DNA of 64,000 nt from a virus. The notes under the pieces were generated by a model. The model saw only the letters and a program-made list of their open reading frames with translations, did not search any database and had not been told where the DNA came from. Positions 38,046 to 47,258 of this stretch are shown one piece after another (the first letter of the stretch is position 1; every line of letters starts with the position of its first letter). The stretch lies in IMG/VR virus record IMGVR_UViG_3300029267_002792, one strand, 5' to 3'. The position numbers and the translations under genes were made by a program.

Positions 38046-39959
38046 TCAGCCTCCCCGCAGGTAGCTAACGAAGGCTCCCGTCACGAGCTGCACCAGATCG
38101 TGCCCGAATGTCTGATCCTTCATGATGCGCCAATTTCGAGGAGGCCCGAACATCTTGCCCATCTCTTTCGCGCCTACGTCGCTCCCGATCAGGACTCCCG
38201 TCACTCCGATGCCTTTGCGCCTTGCGTTCTGGATGTTCATCCGAACAAACGACATGAGCGCTCGGGTACCGTACTGCGCACCATCGTTCCGGACGAATAT
38301 CGGGAATCCGTCGGATATGACAAACAAGTGCTTTCGATCTGTGCCATCCTCCAGGTCTTTCAAGGCAACGCGAATGGCGGTGTGAAGAGGTGTCGTGCCC
38401 CCAACCCTGGAAGTGGCTGACTCGAAGACCTCCTGTCGGGGGCGAAATCGGGTGATGTCGACCTGCCCATCTTTCAAAGACTGAAATCCCCATACCCGGC
38501 TGGTGACGAACGGAAAGTCCAGCGCCCGGGAGATGATTCGACAAGCTCTCTCAGCCTGAGCGGTCCGGCGCCCTTGCATAGAGGACGATCGGTCTACTAG
38601 TACCAGCGTCCGGAAGCCTCGGCCAAAAGAGTCGACAGCGAAGACTGGAAGAGGTTCGCCCGTCATACGACGAGTGATGTAGGCGGGGACGTCTAGCCGT
38701 GTTCCAGCGTCCTCGAGAGTGTTGATTCGGCGCCCCAGAACACGGTGGAACATGGCTCGGAGCCTCTTCACGGTGTTCTCGTCCTCGTCGTTTAGGAGCG
38801 AGCTATCAGAACGTGGCCCGGATGGTTCCACGTCGGTGAAGACCACCTTGGCATAGCCCTCATGGCGAATGCGATCGTCGTGATTGAACGCGTTCTTAGT
38901 CGCATTTCGGGCCTTGTCCACGAGGCGAAGCATCTGGGCCGAGGAGGCATCGAGAATGTCTTCGAGCTTGCTCGCGTTTTTCACGTTGGCCGTAATGGCA
39001 GCCTGAGCCCGCCTGTCGGCAGCTGCTTCCTCTCCGCGTTTTTTGTACTTCGACTCTCCAACCTCGCTGGAGATGTCAGATGGAGCCTTTCCAAGACGAT
39101 TGATCGCGTCCTGAAGGGCCTGGGATCGCTCTTTTAGCCCGGCATCAACCTCGGGAGGCTCCCAGGTTTCGTCAGGATGGTCCTCAGACGGCTCTTGCGG
39201 GTTGCTGCCCTCTCCGGCCTGCTGCTCGTCCTCGTCCCCTGACGCCCCATCAGAGCCGCTCCCGAGCTGCGGGGCAGGTCCGGGCGGAGGGTCCTCCCCT
39301 CGCGATTCTCGGATAATTTCCGACACCAGCTGTACTACGAGCCACTTCGCCGCTACCAAGCACCCGAAGTAGTCCCGGAAGCGTACCTTCCTCAGGGCTT
39401 CCTCCATGTAGGGCACGAAGCGGTCAAGCTTCCCGGGGGGTATCGGGTTGCCGCTCGCAACGCAGATGAACAGGGACAGAAAGTCTTGGTGAGCCAGGTT
39501 CAGGTGTGCGGCCGACTCCTCCCGTTTCATACGGCGCATGATGGCCCCGGAGCCACGGTAGAGCAGGCCCCAGAGGGAGATGACGCGCTCGTCATCAAGG
39601 ACGCCAACGATACCTTCCAAACCCGCCCTCAGCATGCGCTCGTTGATGGTGAGGTGAGCCTTTTTGGCGACCTGCCCGATCTTCCTGGAGTACTCCTCGA
39701 TGAACTTCTGCTTCGCTAGGAAATCCGACTGGAACAGGATGTGGGAGATCTCGTGCTCACAGTACTGGTACGCCCGCGGGTGTTGGAAGGGCACTTCAAT
39801 CAGGTACCCGTTGGTTCTCGCCACCCCGTCCTGGGAGTTCTTGAGCCAGAGACGTCGCTTCAGGATGCCAGAGAACACGTCTACGGTTTTGTAGCACATG
39901 GCTTTGGGGGACGAGTCCACCTCAACATTGATGAGTGCATCCACGTCGATGGTCGACAT
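38046..39959 (-). CDS. CobT/NorD-like VWA protein with N-terminal HExxH-like domain
   Basis: Start MSTIDV after GGAGG; HEISH; MIDAS DRSSSM, GGTTPL, VISDG. Confidence 0.8.
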   Translation of the reverse strand: MSTIDVDALINVEVDSSPKAMCYKTVDVFSGILKRRLWLKNSQDGVARTNGYLIEVPFQHPRAYQYCEHEISHILFQSDFLAKQKFIEEYSRKIGQVAKKAHLTINERMLRAGLEGIVGVLDDERVISLWGLLYRGSGAIMRRMKREESAAHLNLAHQDFLSLFICVASGNPIPPGKLDRFVPYMEEALRKVRFRDYFGCLVAAKWLVVQLVSEIIRESRGEDPPPGPAPQLGSGSDGASGDEDEQQAGEGSNPQEPSEDHPDETWEPPEVDAGLKERSQALQDAINRLGKAPSDISSEVGESKYKKRGEEAAADRRAQAAITANVKNASKLEDILDASSAQMLRLVDKARNATKNAFNHDDRIRHEGYAKVVFTDVEPSGPRSDSSLLNDEDENTVKRLRAMFHRVLGRRINTLEDAGTRLDVPAYITRRMTGEPLPVFAVDSFGRGFRTLVLVDRSSSMQGRRTAQAERACRIISRALDFPFVTSRVWGFQSLKDGQVDITRFRPRQEVFESATSRVGGTTPLHTAIRVALKDLEDGTDRKHLFVISDGFPIFVRNDGAQYGTRALMSFVRMNIQNARRKGIGVTGVLIGSDVGAKEMGKMFGPPRNWRIMKDQTFGHDLVQLVTGAFVSYLRGG

Positions 39960-39967
39960 GGGACCTC

Positions 39968-40798
39968 CTATTTGATTGTGGCACCGAAGATGGACGCGAC
40001 ACGAGTCTTGAAGAAATCTCGGTCCTGACCCTCGAACTTGCCGGCGGCGAGTCGTAGCGCTGATTCCACACCGCAGGCTTCGGCATCCTCGATGATTTGA
40101 ACCGTGTCGCGCGGGGACAGGGAGTACTCCAGGTTCCGCTGCCGGGTCTCGTGCGCTAGCGTGAGAACGTCTTTGAGGAGGGCCTCCTTGGCCCACTTCC
40201 CAGCGACAGCCTTCAGGATGCGTGTCTCGTCGCCCTTGCTCGGATAACCGACGGCCAGCATCCGAAACCGCGATTTCAAGTCCTCGTTCAGGGTGTAGAC
40301 CCCGCCGTAGACAGACGTGTTCATGGTGCCACAGAGCCAGAGATTGGCCCCCTCTTTCAGCTCGAACACGCGCTGACACTCCGGGACTTCGATGCGCCGC
40401 CGATAATCCCCGATCGAATTGAGCATCTTCTGAACGGCCGGCGTTAGGGCATTGATCTCTTCCAGGCAGAGAATGCAGTGCCCGACCTCGTTGGCCACCT
40501 CGATAGCCGTTGGCAGCGGTCCCATCACATACGGGCTCTCGTGCCCTCGCAAGGTGAATAGCCCGAGCAAGTGGGACCTGCGCACGTCCTCGGAGCAGTC
40601 GAAAGTGATGATCGGGTGCTTGTGCTGCCCGGCCCACGAGGCGATGGACAGTGTTTTGGCTACCCCCTTCGGCCCGACCAGGATGAGGTTGGCTTTGAAC
40701 GCTACAGCTTCAAACAGCGGGTGCAGATCGAAGACGTCCTCGTATATCAAGTCCGTCTTCGGGGCGAAGGCGTCCGATGGTAGCCGCTCAACGATCAT
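39968..40798 (-). CDS. MoxR/CobS-like AAA+ ATPase
   Basis: GPKGVAKT, LCLEEIN, GTMN, DLKSRF. Confidence 0.85.
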   Translation of the reverse strand: MIVERLPSDAFAPKTDLIYEDVFDLHPLFEAVAFKANLILVGPKGVAKTLSIASWAGQHKHPIITFDCSEDVRRSHLLGLFTLRGHESPYVMGPLPTAIEVANEVGHCILCLEEINALTPAVQKMLNSIGDYRRRIEVPECQRVFELKEGANLWLCGTMNTSVYGGVYTLNEDLKSRFRMLAVGYPSKGDETRILKAVAGKWAKEALLKDVLTLAHETRQRNLEYSLSPRDTVQIIEDAEACGVESALRLAAGKFEGQDRDFFKTRVASIFGATIK

Positions 40799-40800
40799 GT

Positions 40801-41382
40801 TCAGCCTCCTTTCCTGGACCCCGCAGCCTTTGAACGCTTGGACACGTTTCGGGCCTTGCGCGGCGCGTTCTCCGTCACGGGACCTCCAACGATCTCCTCC
40901 AGGGCGTCAAGGAGGTCGGGGTCCTCTTTCACGCGGAGCGCCCATACGATCTTCTTCGCGCTTTCCACGTCCACCTTCGGGAGCTTGCCCAGGTCGACGA
41001 GGTTCTGGACCTTGCTGGCGTCCATCACGACCTTCGTCACCTGGGTGAAGGCCTGGTCTGGAGCTAGGTCGTGGTCCTCTAGGAGAGCACGCAGCTTCTC
41101 CTCGTCAGGCAGAGAAGCCTTCCGCTGTTCCCGGACGACTGTGGACCCCTCCACGCGCAGCTTCTGGCCCCCGTTGTCGGTCGTGCGACCGAACTCGTTG
41201 GCGCGGGCTAGGAGGACTGTCCGGAGTTCCTTCACGCGCTTGTCGATTTGGTCCTGGGTGTACTTCAGGATGATCCAGGCCTCGACCAGGGATGAGATGT
41301 TGGCCCGCGTCGCGTCTCCCACGAGGAGAGGTCCGCGCAGCAAGGCGCCCACGTACATTTCCACCGCTTCTCTGAATGTCAT
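40801..41382 (-). CDS. hypothetical phage protein
   Basis: 193-aa ORF downstream of a promoter. Confidence 0.55.
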   Translation of the reverse strand: MTFREAVEMYVGALLRGPLLVGDATRANISSLVEAWIILKYTQDQIDKRVKELRTVLLARANEFGRTTDNGGQKLRVEGSTVVREQRKASLPDEEKLRALLEDHDLAPDQAFTQVTKVVMDASKVQNLVDLGKLPKVDVESAKKIVWALRVKEDPDLLDALEEIVGGPVTENAPRKARNVSKRSKAAGSRKGG

Positions 41383-41430
41383 CGGTTCTTACTCCTTCTC
41401 GCAGCTAAGTGCCAGATCTTCTATCTACCA

Positions 41431-41459
41431 GACATACCATATAGGCAGGGGATTGTCAA
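41431..41459 (-). promoter_or_regulatory. sigma70-like promoter
   Basis: TTGACA-N17-TATGTC. Confidence 0.45.
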
Positions 41460-41722
41460 TCAGAATCGTCAATCTCTACGATGAGCTGCCGACCGTCGAC
41501 CATACCTATGGCCGAAAAGATCTGTCTGATGGCTGTGATGGTCCGGCCGCGCTTGCCAATCACCAGCCCTCTGTCGGCAGGGCGCACGTACAGGGAAAGA
41601 ATGGTTTTATCGCCGCGTTCGGTCTCATTCACGCGTACGTGTACTGGCGAAGTGACTAGCGCGCGAGCCACTTCAGCTAGAAGGGCACGATCCTCAAGTG
41701 GGTGTACCGGTCGAGCCTCCAC
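41456..41722 (-). CDS. khpA: KhpA-like single KH-domain RNA-binding protein
   Basis: LYVRPADRGLVIGKRGRTITAIRQI (GxxG loop). Confidence 0.8.
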   Translation of the reverse strand: MEARPVHPLEDRALLAEVARALVTSPVHVRVNETERGDKTILSLYVRPADRGLVIGKRGRTITAIRQIFSAIGMVDGRQLIVEIDDSD

Positions 41723-41948
41723 GGTTGCCTCCTTCCTTTTTCGGTTCCGCTTTGTACAGGTCGCGAAGGCGGGCCTTGATCAGCTCGCAGTAATCGAAGT
41801 AATCGCAGTCCCAGCACGAGGACACGCGTTTGGCTTCTTTGCAGAGCAGTACCTTGCGAGATCGAAGTTCTCGCTCAAAGGGGTATGTGTCGGGCTTCAA
41901 CCCGGCGGCTTCCAGCTCACGACGTAGAGCTTCGAGGGCTTTGCTCAC
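41694..41948 (-). CDS. small Cys-rich protein
   Basis: C...CWDC...C. Confidence 0.45.
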   Translation of the reverse strand: MSKALEALRRELEAAGLKPDTYPFERELRSRKVLLCKEAKRVSSCWDCDYFDYCELIKARLRDLYKAEPKKEGGNRGGSTGTPT

Positions 41949-42144
41949 GGGCAGCCCTCCGAAGCTCGTCCACCACCATCTTGGGGGACTCGATAGCCTG
42001 CGCGAAACACGACTCGTGGGCGTTCCCGAACAAGGAGCGCTCCTTCCACTCGCCAGAGCGGAGCGTCCCCTTCGTAATGCGGACGCCCTTGCCCTCTATC
42101 GGCTTGCCGCACACGACACAACGGTCTCGTTTTCGACCACTCAC
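41917..42144 (-). CDS. small Zn-finger protein
   Basis: CVVC...HESC. Confidence 0.5.
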   Translation of the reverse strand: MSGRKRDRCVVCGKPIEGKGVRITKGTLRSGEWKERSLFGNAHESCFAQAIESPKMVVDELRRAAREQSPRSSTS

Positions 42145-42180
42145 GCACCTGACTATACGCTAGTTTACTGGTAGTCACAA

Positions 42181-42465
42181 CTAGTGCCCCTTGTCCTTCA
42201 TCAGTTCGAGGCTGAGAGTGCCGTACGACGGTGAGTACCAGAACCGAACTCTCCCCTCGTACTCGTCCGCTCGTTTCAGGGCGTCGGCGGAAGCGGAGTC
42301 CGGTCCCAGAAGCTCCGCTGCGTGCTCGACCGTCTCGCGAGGCACCTCGACAGCGTCCGGATCGAGGGGGATTAGAGATTCGGCGTGGCTGAAGCGATTA
42401 TTGGCCTTAGGCATCGCGTACGGTGTCTCCGACATCAACCACTTCGCAGGTGCGAAAGACAACAC
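42181..42465 (-). CDS. hypothetical protein
   Basis: ORF track; start uncertain. Confidence 0.4.
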   Translation of the reverse strand: MLSFAPAKWLMSETPYAMPKANNRFSHAESLIPLDPDAVEVPRETVEHAAELLGPDSASADALKRADEYEGRVRFWYSPSYGTLSLELMKDKGH

Positions 42466-42832
42466 CCTCCAACGCGATCTCCGACTCTGTGGCGTCTAGC
42501 CGGCCAGCCCGTTGACCGCCCAGCTCGATACCGACGCCGAAGGGCAGATAGCTCGGGTCCGCAATGCTCAAAACGACGCAGCGTCCTGCATTGCCGTCGC
42601 GTTCGAGCAGGGTGGCTGTAACCTTGTCTGCCTCCCGAACTTCCTGGAACAGGTTCTTGCCAGGGGCGATAGCGCGCCACACCTCGAACCCATGTGGTGT
42701 GACCGCAGCCACGATCGCGCCGACGTCTTTGGTGTCGTAGTCTCGGTGGGAACCCCTCACGCCCGAAAAGTAGAACCGTAGGGTGAACCTATATACGTGA
42801 AGCCACGACTGCGCTATGTTTGCTTTGACCAT
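42407..42832 (-). CDS. hypothetical protein
   Basis: 141-aa ORF. Confidence 0.45.
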   Translation of the reverse strand: MVKANIAQSWLHVYRFTLRFYFSGVRGSHRDYDTKDVGAIVAAVTPHGFEVWRAIAPGKNLFQEVREADKVTATLLERDGNAGRCVVLSIADPSYLPFGVGIELGGQRAGRLDATESEIALEGVVFRTCEVVDVGDTVRDA

Positions 42833-42940
42833 ATCATCCTCTTGTACTTCCAGATCGGTAAAGGGTTCCTACGAGTAGAGCACCTGTGACCCCTCCGAAC
42901 AAGAACGCACCTATCACAAATCCGACCGTGATTGGGTCCA

Positions 42941-43564
42941 TCACGCCTCGCCTCCGAACAGTGGACCGGCGTTCTGCTCCCCTGCCTTGAGAGCCTTGAC
43001 GTGCGCCATGGCCTTCCGCAGGTCGTCCCACGCCGGCTGCTTGTACTCCTCGGACCGAAGCATGGCGGCGGGATGGTAGGTTACCTGGACCGGGAGCTTG
43101 TTCCAGGTATGCAGATTCTTGCGCATCTGAATGATCGACTGCCCTCGCGTGCCGAGGAGTGTATTCCCGGACACCTTTCCCAGAGCCACGATCATACGCG
43201 GTCGAACGGCTACGATCTGCGAGGTCCAGACCTGGGAGCAAGCCTCGATTTCGTCGTCTTTCGGGTCCCGGTTTCCAGGGGGTCTGCACGCCACGACATT
43301 GCAGATGTAGACAGCGTCTCGAGACAGGCCCATAGCGTCCAGGATCTTGTCCAGGAGCTTGCCAGCTCTTCCTACGAACGGCAGAGCCTGCTCGTCTTCC
43401 TGGGCTCCCGGGCCTTCGCCCAGGAACAGAAAATCAGGCCTCTCAGTGTTCCCGATTCCGAAGACGATGTTCTTCCGGCCCTCATGCAACCGGCATCGGG
43501 TGCAGTCCTTGACCTTCTGCTCCCACACTGTCTGGAGCGCTACCTTGCCTATCTGGTCTTCCAT
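42941..43564 (-). CDS. udg: family 4 uracil-DNA glycosylase
   Basis: CTRCRL, GEGPG, PFVGRAG, NVVACRPP, TYHPAA. Confidence 0.92.
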   Translation of the reverse strand: MEDQIGKVALQTVWEQKVKDCTRCRLHEGRKNIVFGIGNTERPDFLFLGEGPGAQEDEQALPFVGRAGKLLDKILDAMGLSRDAVYICNVVACRPPGNRDPKDDEIEACSQVWTSQIVAVRPRMIVALGKVSGNTLLGTRGQSIIQMRKNLHTWNKLPVQVTYHPAAMLRSEEYKQPAWDDLRKAMAHVKALKAGEQNAGPLFGGEA

Positions 43565-43617
43565 CCAAATCCTCCAGCCCTTGTCATCGTAAGGGCACGA
43601 CCAAATCCACTCCCACC

Positions 43618-43851
43618 TCATTTGTCCGCAGCCTTGGCTTCATCGAAGGGTCGAAGGGATTGCACTTCACTCCCCTCCTCCACGGCGGACAGGAGGAGAC
43701 GACGAAGGTTGTCCAAGACGTGTTGGGTGATAGGGTCGGGTGCCACCACATTGCTGAGGGCGTTTGCGTAGCAAAAACACGAATCGCCGCGGATGAACAC
43801 TCCAGGCCAGTCGCCTTCAAATACCATAGGTCCATTTTCGGGACGACTCAT
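43618..43851 (-). CDS. hypothetical protein
   Basis: Start trimmed to MSRPEN, just downstream of a promoter. Confidence 0.45.
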   Translation of the reverse strand: MSRPENGPMVFEGDWPGVFIRGDSCFCYANALSNVVAPDPITQHVLDNLRRLLLSAVEEGSEVQSLRPFDEAKAADK

Positions 43852-43893
43852 TGGTAGCGCTCTCCCTACGGGGAATCCCCGTATCCACAAAAT

Positions 43894-43922
43894 ACGGTAC
43901 CAAGTCCTTAGGAAAGTGTCAA
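43894..43922 (-). promoter_or_regulatory. sigma70-like promoter
   Basis: TTGACA-N17-TACCGT. Confidence 0.45.
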
Positions 43923-43940
43923 GAGCAAAGAAGGGACGGC

Positions 43941-44810
43941 TCAGTCGTTGCGGAGGGTCTTCAGGAAAGCTTCGGCGTAGCTGTTGAAGCGCGGGCTTTC
44001 GGGGTAGGTGAACTTCGCGCTCCACCAGTTGTGCGCCACCGGGGAGTACGCCAAGGCAGCCTCGAAGGAGACTTGCATAGCCTCTTGAGGAGGCACGATC
44101 CGCCATCCGCTACCGTCTCGCTGACGGAAGTGATCCTGGTTCCAAGCCGCGTGCCCTACACCTAGTTCTGGTTTCCCGTCCTTGACGCCGGGCACCTCCA
44201 AGGTTCGATCGATCGTGAGCTTCTGCATGTTCCCAGGGCCGAGACGATTATCCCAAGAGATGTCTCGACCATCACGCTCGTCTACTGCGTAAGCTTGCAC
44301 CACGAGCCGATCCATGTGGGGAGCGGTGCCGGCTCGGATGCTGTTCTCCGTGTGGTATGTGAAGGTCGTCAGCGTGTTTCGGACTTCGTGCTTTTGACAG
44401 ATCGCGTGCTTCTCCGCTACGAAACAGTCTCCAGCAAGATCCAGGTCGGCGAAGCCGCGTACATTGGACGCTCGCCAGTTGAACTCCTGGTCCGTCTCCC
44501 ACTCGTTGACGCCGCCCGCTTTCAGAAGCTCGTCCATCTTCTCCATCATCTTCTTGAGGAGCTGTTTGTTCGGATACGGCCATGTCGTCAACCCGATCTC
44601 GAGTGCGTAGCGGTCGGCAAGCTTCCATGCACGCTCGATATCTTTGGCAGTCCACAAGAACTCCACCTCAGGGTCGGCGTTGTCGATCATGATGGACACG
44701 AGGTCGAACCTCAGAACTTCGGCCACCCAGTGGAAGAAATACGGGGACAGTACCGTTCGCTTCGGCAGGTCGACCCACAGTCCTAGACTCACGTTGTCAA
44801 GATCGTACAC
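43941..44810 (-). CDS. hypothetical protein, possibly glycoside-hydrolase-like barrel
   Basis: 289 aa, Trp-rich; fold guess only. Confidence 0.35.
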   Translation of the reverse strand: MYDLDNVSLGLWVDLPKRTVLSPYFFHWVAEVLRFDLVSIMIDNADPEVEFLWTAKDIERAWKLADRYALEIGLTTWPYPNKQLLKKMMEKMDELLKAGGVNEWETDQEFNWRASNVRGFADLDLAGDCFVAEKHAICQKHEVRNTLTTFTYHTENSIRAGTAPHMDRLVVQAYAVDERDGRDISWDNRLGPGNMQKLTIDRTLEVPGVKDGKPELGVGHAAWNQDHFRQRDGSGWRIVPPQEAMQVSFEAALAYSPVAHNWWSAKFTYPESPRFNSYAEAFLKTLRND

Positions 44811-44834
44811 GCTGTCTCCTTTCGTCTCTCCGGC

Positions 44835-45050
44835 TCACCCGCAGATTTCGTGAAGGGTGTCAGGGGTGACCCAGAACCCTTCGGGAACGCCATCACAAGT
44901 CTTGCACTTCGCTACTTCGTTCGGACCTACGAAGGCACGCCCGCAGCAGATAGCGACGTACACGCGCTCGTGTCCTTCGGAAAAGAACTTCGGGGCGACC
45001 CGCCGGACGACGATTTTGACCGTTTCAAGGTCCGGGCTCGCAGCGGTCAT
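44835..45050 (-). CDS. small Cys-containing protein
   Basis: CC...CKTC. Confidence 0.45.
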   Translation of the reverse strand: MTAASPDLETVKIVVRRVAPKFFSEGHERVYVAICCGRAFVGPNEVAKCKTCDGVPEGFWVTPDTLHEICG

Positions 45051-45266
45051 CGTTCAACCTTTCCAGCTCGGCGGCTATTTGCTCCAGCGCTAGTGTCTGG
45101 CGTTCCTCGAGAGAGGATGGAATTACGGTTTGAGTGTGGTTGTACTTCATCAGCAGACCGGCACTGATAGGGACCACGAACATAGCAACGAGGACAATAA
45201 AGAAGACCACGGCAGGCCAGTCACTACCTTTCCAGTCTCGGAAGCCTTGAAGGCTTGGGGGAGCCA

Positions 45267-45902
45267 TCATCCGCCCTCCACTTGCCAGTCCTCGATCAAC
45301 CCCTCGATCAACCCCTCGATGTAGTTTTTGCACTTCTCAGCGTCGTTCGGGAACGGTCCTGCCACATCCACAGCGTTCGATAGAATCGCACCTACGCATC
45401 GGACAGTATCGAGGACCTCAGTGGCTACTAGCTCGGGAAGTAGTTCTTCGACTCTTCCGGTATCGTGCCACACAGCGGCTACGCGAAGACCGCGCTTTTT
45501 CGGCGAGATCATTCGAGGGTCTTGAGCGGTCTCGGAGGAGGGAGGCAGCGTTCCCGCCAACTCATGGATCAGCCGGGCAGACAACGAGCTGAGAATGTAC
45601 TCTTCAGCTTCGGTCAGAAAACGGTTGTCAGCGAGACCTTCGGTCTCGGGAGGCAGCCCCAGCATCTCCGGGGAGACGATTTCGGTGTCGTCGGAGGGAT
45701 CGAGGTACAGGTGCTGCCAACCCGGCTCGTGTTCCCGATAGTTGACCGATAGCCATCCCACGAGCTTGTCGTCGATGTACAGGGAGGCCTGAGAGTCGCT
45801 AGCCATGAGAGAGGACCCGGCTCGAAACGCTACCCGGAACTGGTGCCCGAACCTAGTTATCTGGACCGTTACAGGGCGCGACTTGTCTTTGCTTTTCGTC
45901 AT
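45267..45902 (-). CDS. hypothetical protein
   Basis: Start trimmed to MTKSK. Confidence 0.45.
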   Translation of the reverse strand: MTKSKDKSRPVTVQITRFGHQFRVAFRAGSSLMASDSQASLYIDDKLVGWLSVNYREHEPGWQHLYLDPSDDTEIVSPEMLGLPPETEGLADNRFLTEAEEYILSSLSARLIHELAGTLPPSSETAQDPRMISPKKRGLRVAAVWHDTGRVEELLPELVATEVLDTVRCVGAILSNAVDVAGPFPNDAEKCKNYIEGLIEGLIEDWQVEGG

Positions 45903-46288
45903 TTTCTCACCCAGGACTTGTAGTCGATGATCCACTCTTGGGTTGGGAACACACCCTCGAACCGGAAAGCTCTGTCGTCGATGAGCAGGAAAGCCGGGGG
46001 CTTCTGCGTCGGGAACTCCAACCGATCGAATGTGCTCCGGGAGAGACCGTGCTTCTCGAACCAGGCCTTCATGGCCTCGATGGCGCCCGGTTCTTTCGAC
46101 CGACTGGAGTAGATGCAGATAGTGAAAGTGTTGCCCTCCGCGTCATTGTACTCCACGGTCCTTGTTAGCCACTCGAAGGCTCCCGGAACGGGTGGGTCCG
46201 GGATCACGCACGCGCCCTGGTACTCGCTCGCGTAGGAGTGGATAACGCCATCGAAGTCCACGCACAGGGTTCTATTTCTACCCATCAC
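45899..46288 (-). CDS. HAD-family phosphatase
   Basis: LCVDFDGVI, IYSSR, QKP, LIDDRA. Confidence 0.8.
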   Translation of the reverse strand: MMGRNRTLCVDFDGVIHSYASEYQGACVIPDPPVPGAFEWLTRTVEYNDAEGNTFTICIYSSRSKEPGAIEAMKAWFEKHGLSRSTFDRLEFPTQKPPAFLLIDDRAFRFEGVFPTQEWIIDYKSWVRK

Positions 46289-46563
46289 GACACCAACTTT
46301 CCATCAGCTCCCAGAATGGGAGTGAGTTTTTCAACGGTGGCTTTTTCAGCCACACCGAGAACGGTGAGAAGCGCACCAAGCGGTCCCTCGCCCTGGATCA
46401 CGAGCGGGGCTCCCGCTGTCAGGGCCGCCTGAACGTCGGTTTTCATCATGTGGATCAGCTTTAGCGCCCGCTTCTGCTTCTCGAAGGCCGGGGCTGCCAG
46501 TTCGTCTTGGAGCGATTTTTCGGACATCTTGACCTCCGTACCAAGTAGGTTACGAATTGTCAA
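46285..46563 (-). CDS. hypothetical protein
   Basis: 92-aa coupled ORF. Confidence 0.45.
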   Translation of the reverse strand: MTIRNLLGTEVKMSEKSLQDELAAPAFEKQKRALKLIHMMKTDVQAALTAGAPLVIQGEGPLGALLTVLGVAEKATVEKLTPILGADGKLVS

Positions 46564-47258
46564 CTAACATTGGCGCGGACCACGTACGTGTCAGTCGCCC
46601 CTTCCCGGCAGCGCATCCAGCCCTGGGCCGATCGTTTGGCTTGCAAGTAGTTCAGGTCGGACTCGAATTTATCAGGAGGTATCCAGCGGAACCGGGTGAG
46701 GTGCATGGGCAACCCCTCACGAGACTGCACGTGATGGACAACATCGTCCACGAGGTAGGCAATCTCCGCGAATCGGAAGCCGTCCTCGTCGGAGTACTGA
46801 CGCACTTGAGGGGTGGTAGATGGTTTCTGGTTGAACGTGTTGAACACAAAGCAACCAGTCGTCTTCAGCAGCGCCATCAGCCGGCCAACAAGGTCCAGCC
46901 TCCACCAATAGTTCACTGCCTGCCGACAGGTGATGAGATCGAAGGGCTCGTACTCGGCTAGGGTGTTGTCGAGTAGGAGGTTCTCCAGGTTTTTCGTGTG
47001 GAATCGCACTTGGCCTGGCAGCGTCGTCACAGCCATTGCCAGCGACTCTTCCACGGCGATGATGTTTGTTGGGTCAAGACCCATCCGAATAGCCCCCGCG
47101 ACCACAGCGCCCGAGCCCGAGCAGATATCGAGAAGGCGAGTCCGGCCGTCCAGAGTTACGGGCGGGTCCGGAGCTACGAGAAGCCGAGTCGGACGCTCAA
47201 GATAGCGAGCGTAGAGCTTCTCGTACGTCTGACCGCTCAAATGCTGGTAGTCGCTCAT
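46560..47258 (-). CDS. class I SAM-dependent methyltransferase
   Basis: LLDICSGSG, AVEES, FDLITC. Confidence 0.82.
   Translation of the reverse strand: MSDYQHLSGQTYEKLYARYLERPTRLLVAPDPPVTLDGRTRLLDICSGSGAVVAGAIRMGLDPTNIIAVEESLAMAVTTLPGQVRFHTKNLENLLLDNTLAEYEPFDLITCRQAVNYWWRLDLVGRLMALLKTTGCFVFNTFNQKPSTTPQVRQYSDEDGFRFAEIAYLVDDVVHHVQSREGLPMHLTRFRWIPPDKFESDLNYLQAKRSAQGWMRCREGATDTYVVRANVS

Noticed and set aside
39960-40637. 863-aa version of the VWA ORF
   Set aside because: The extension overlaps the AAA gene in another frame; a good RBS and ATG lie at 39959
45290-45320. 12-bp tandem repeat CCTCGATCAACC x2.5
   Set aside because: Simply encodes IEGLIEGLIE in a CDS
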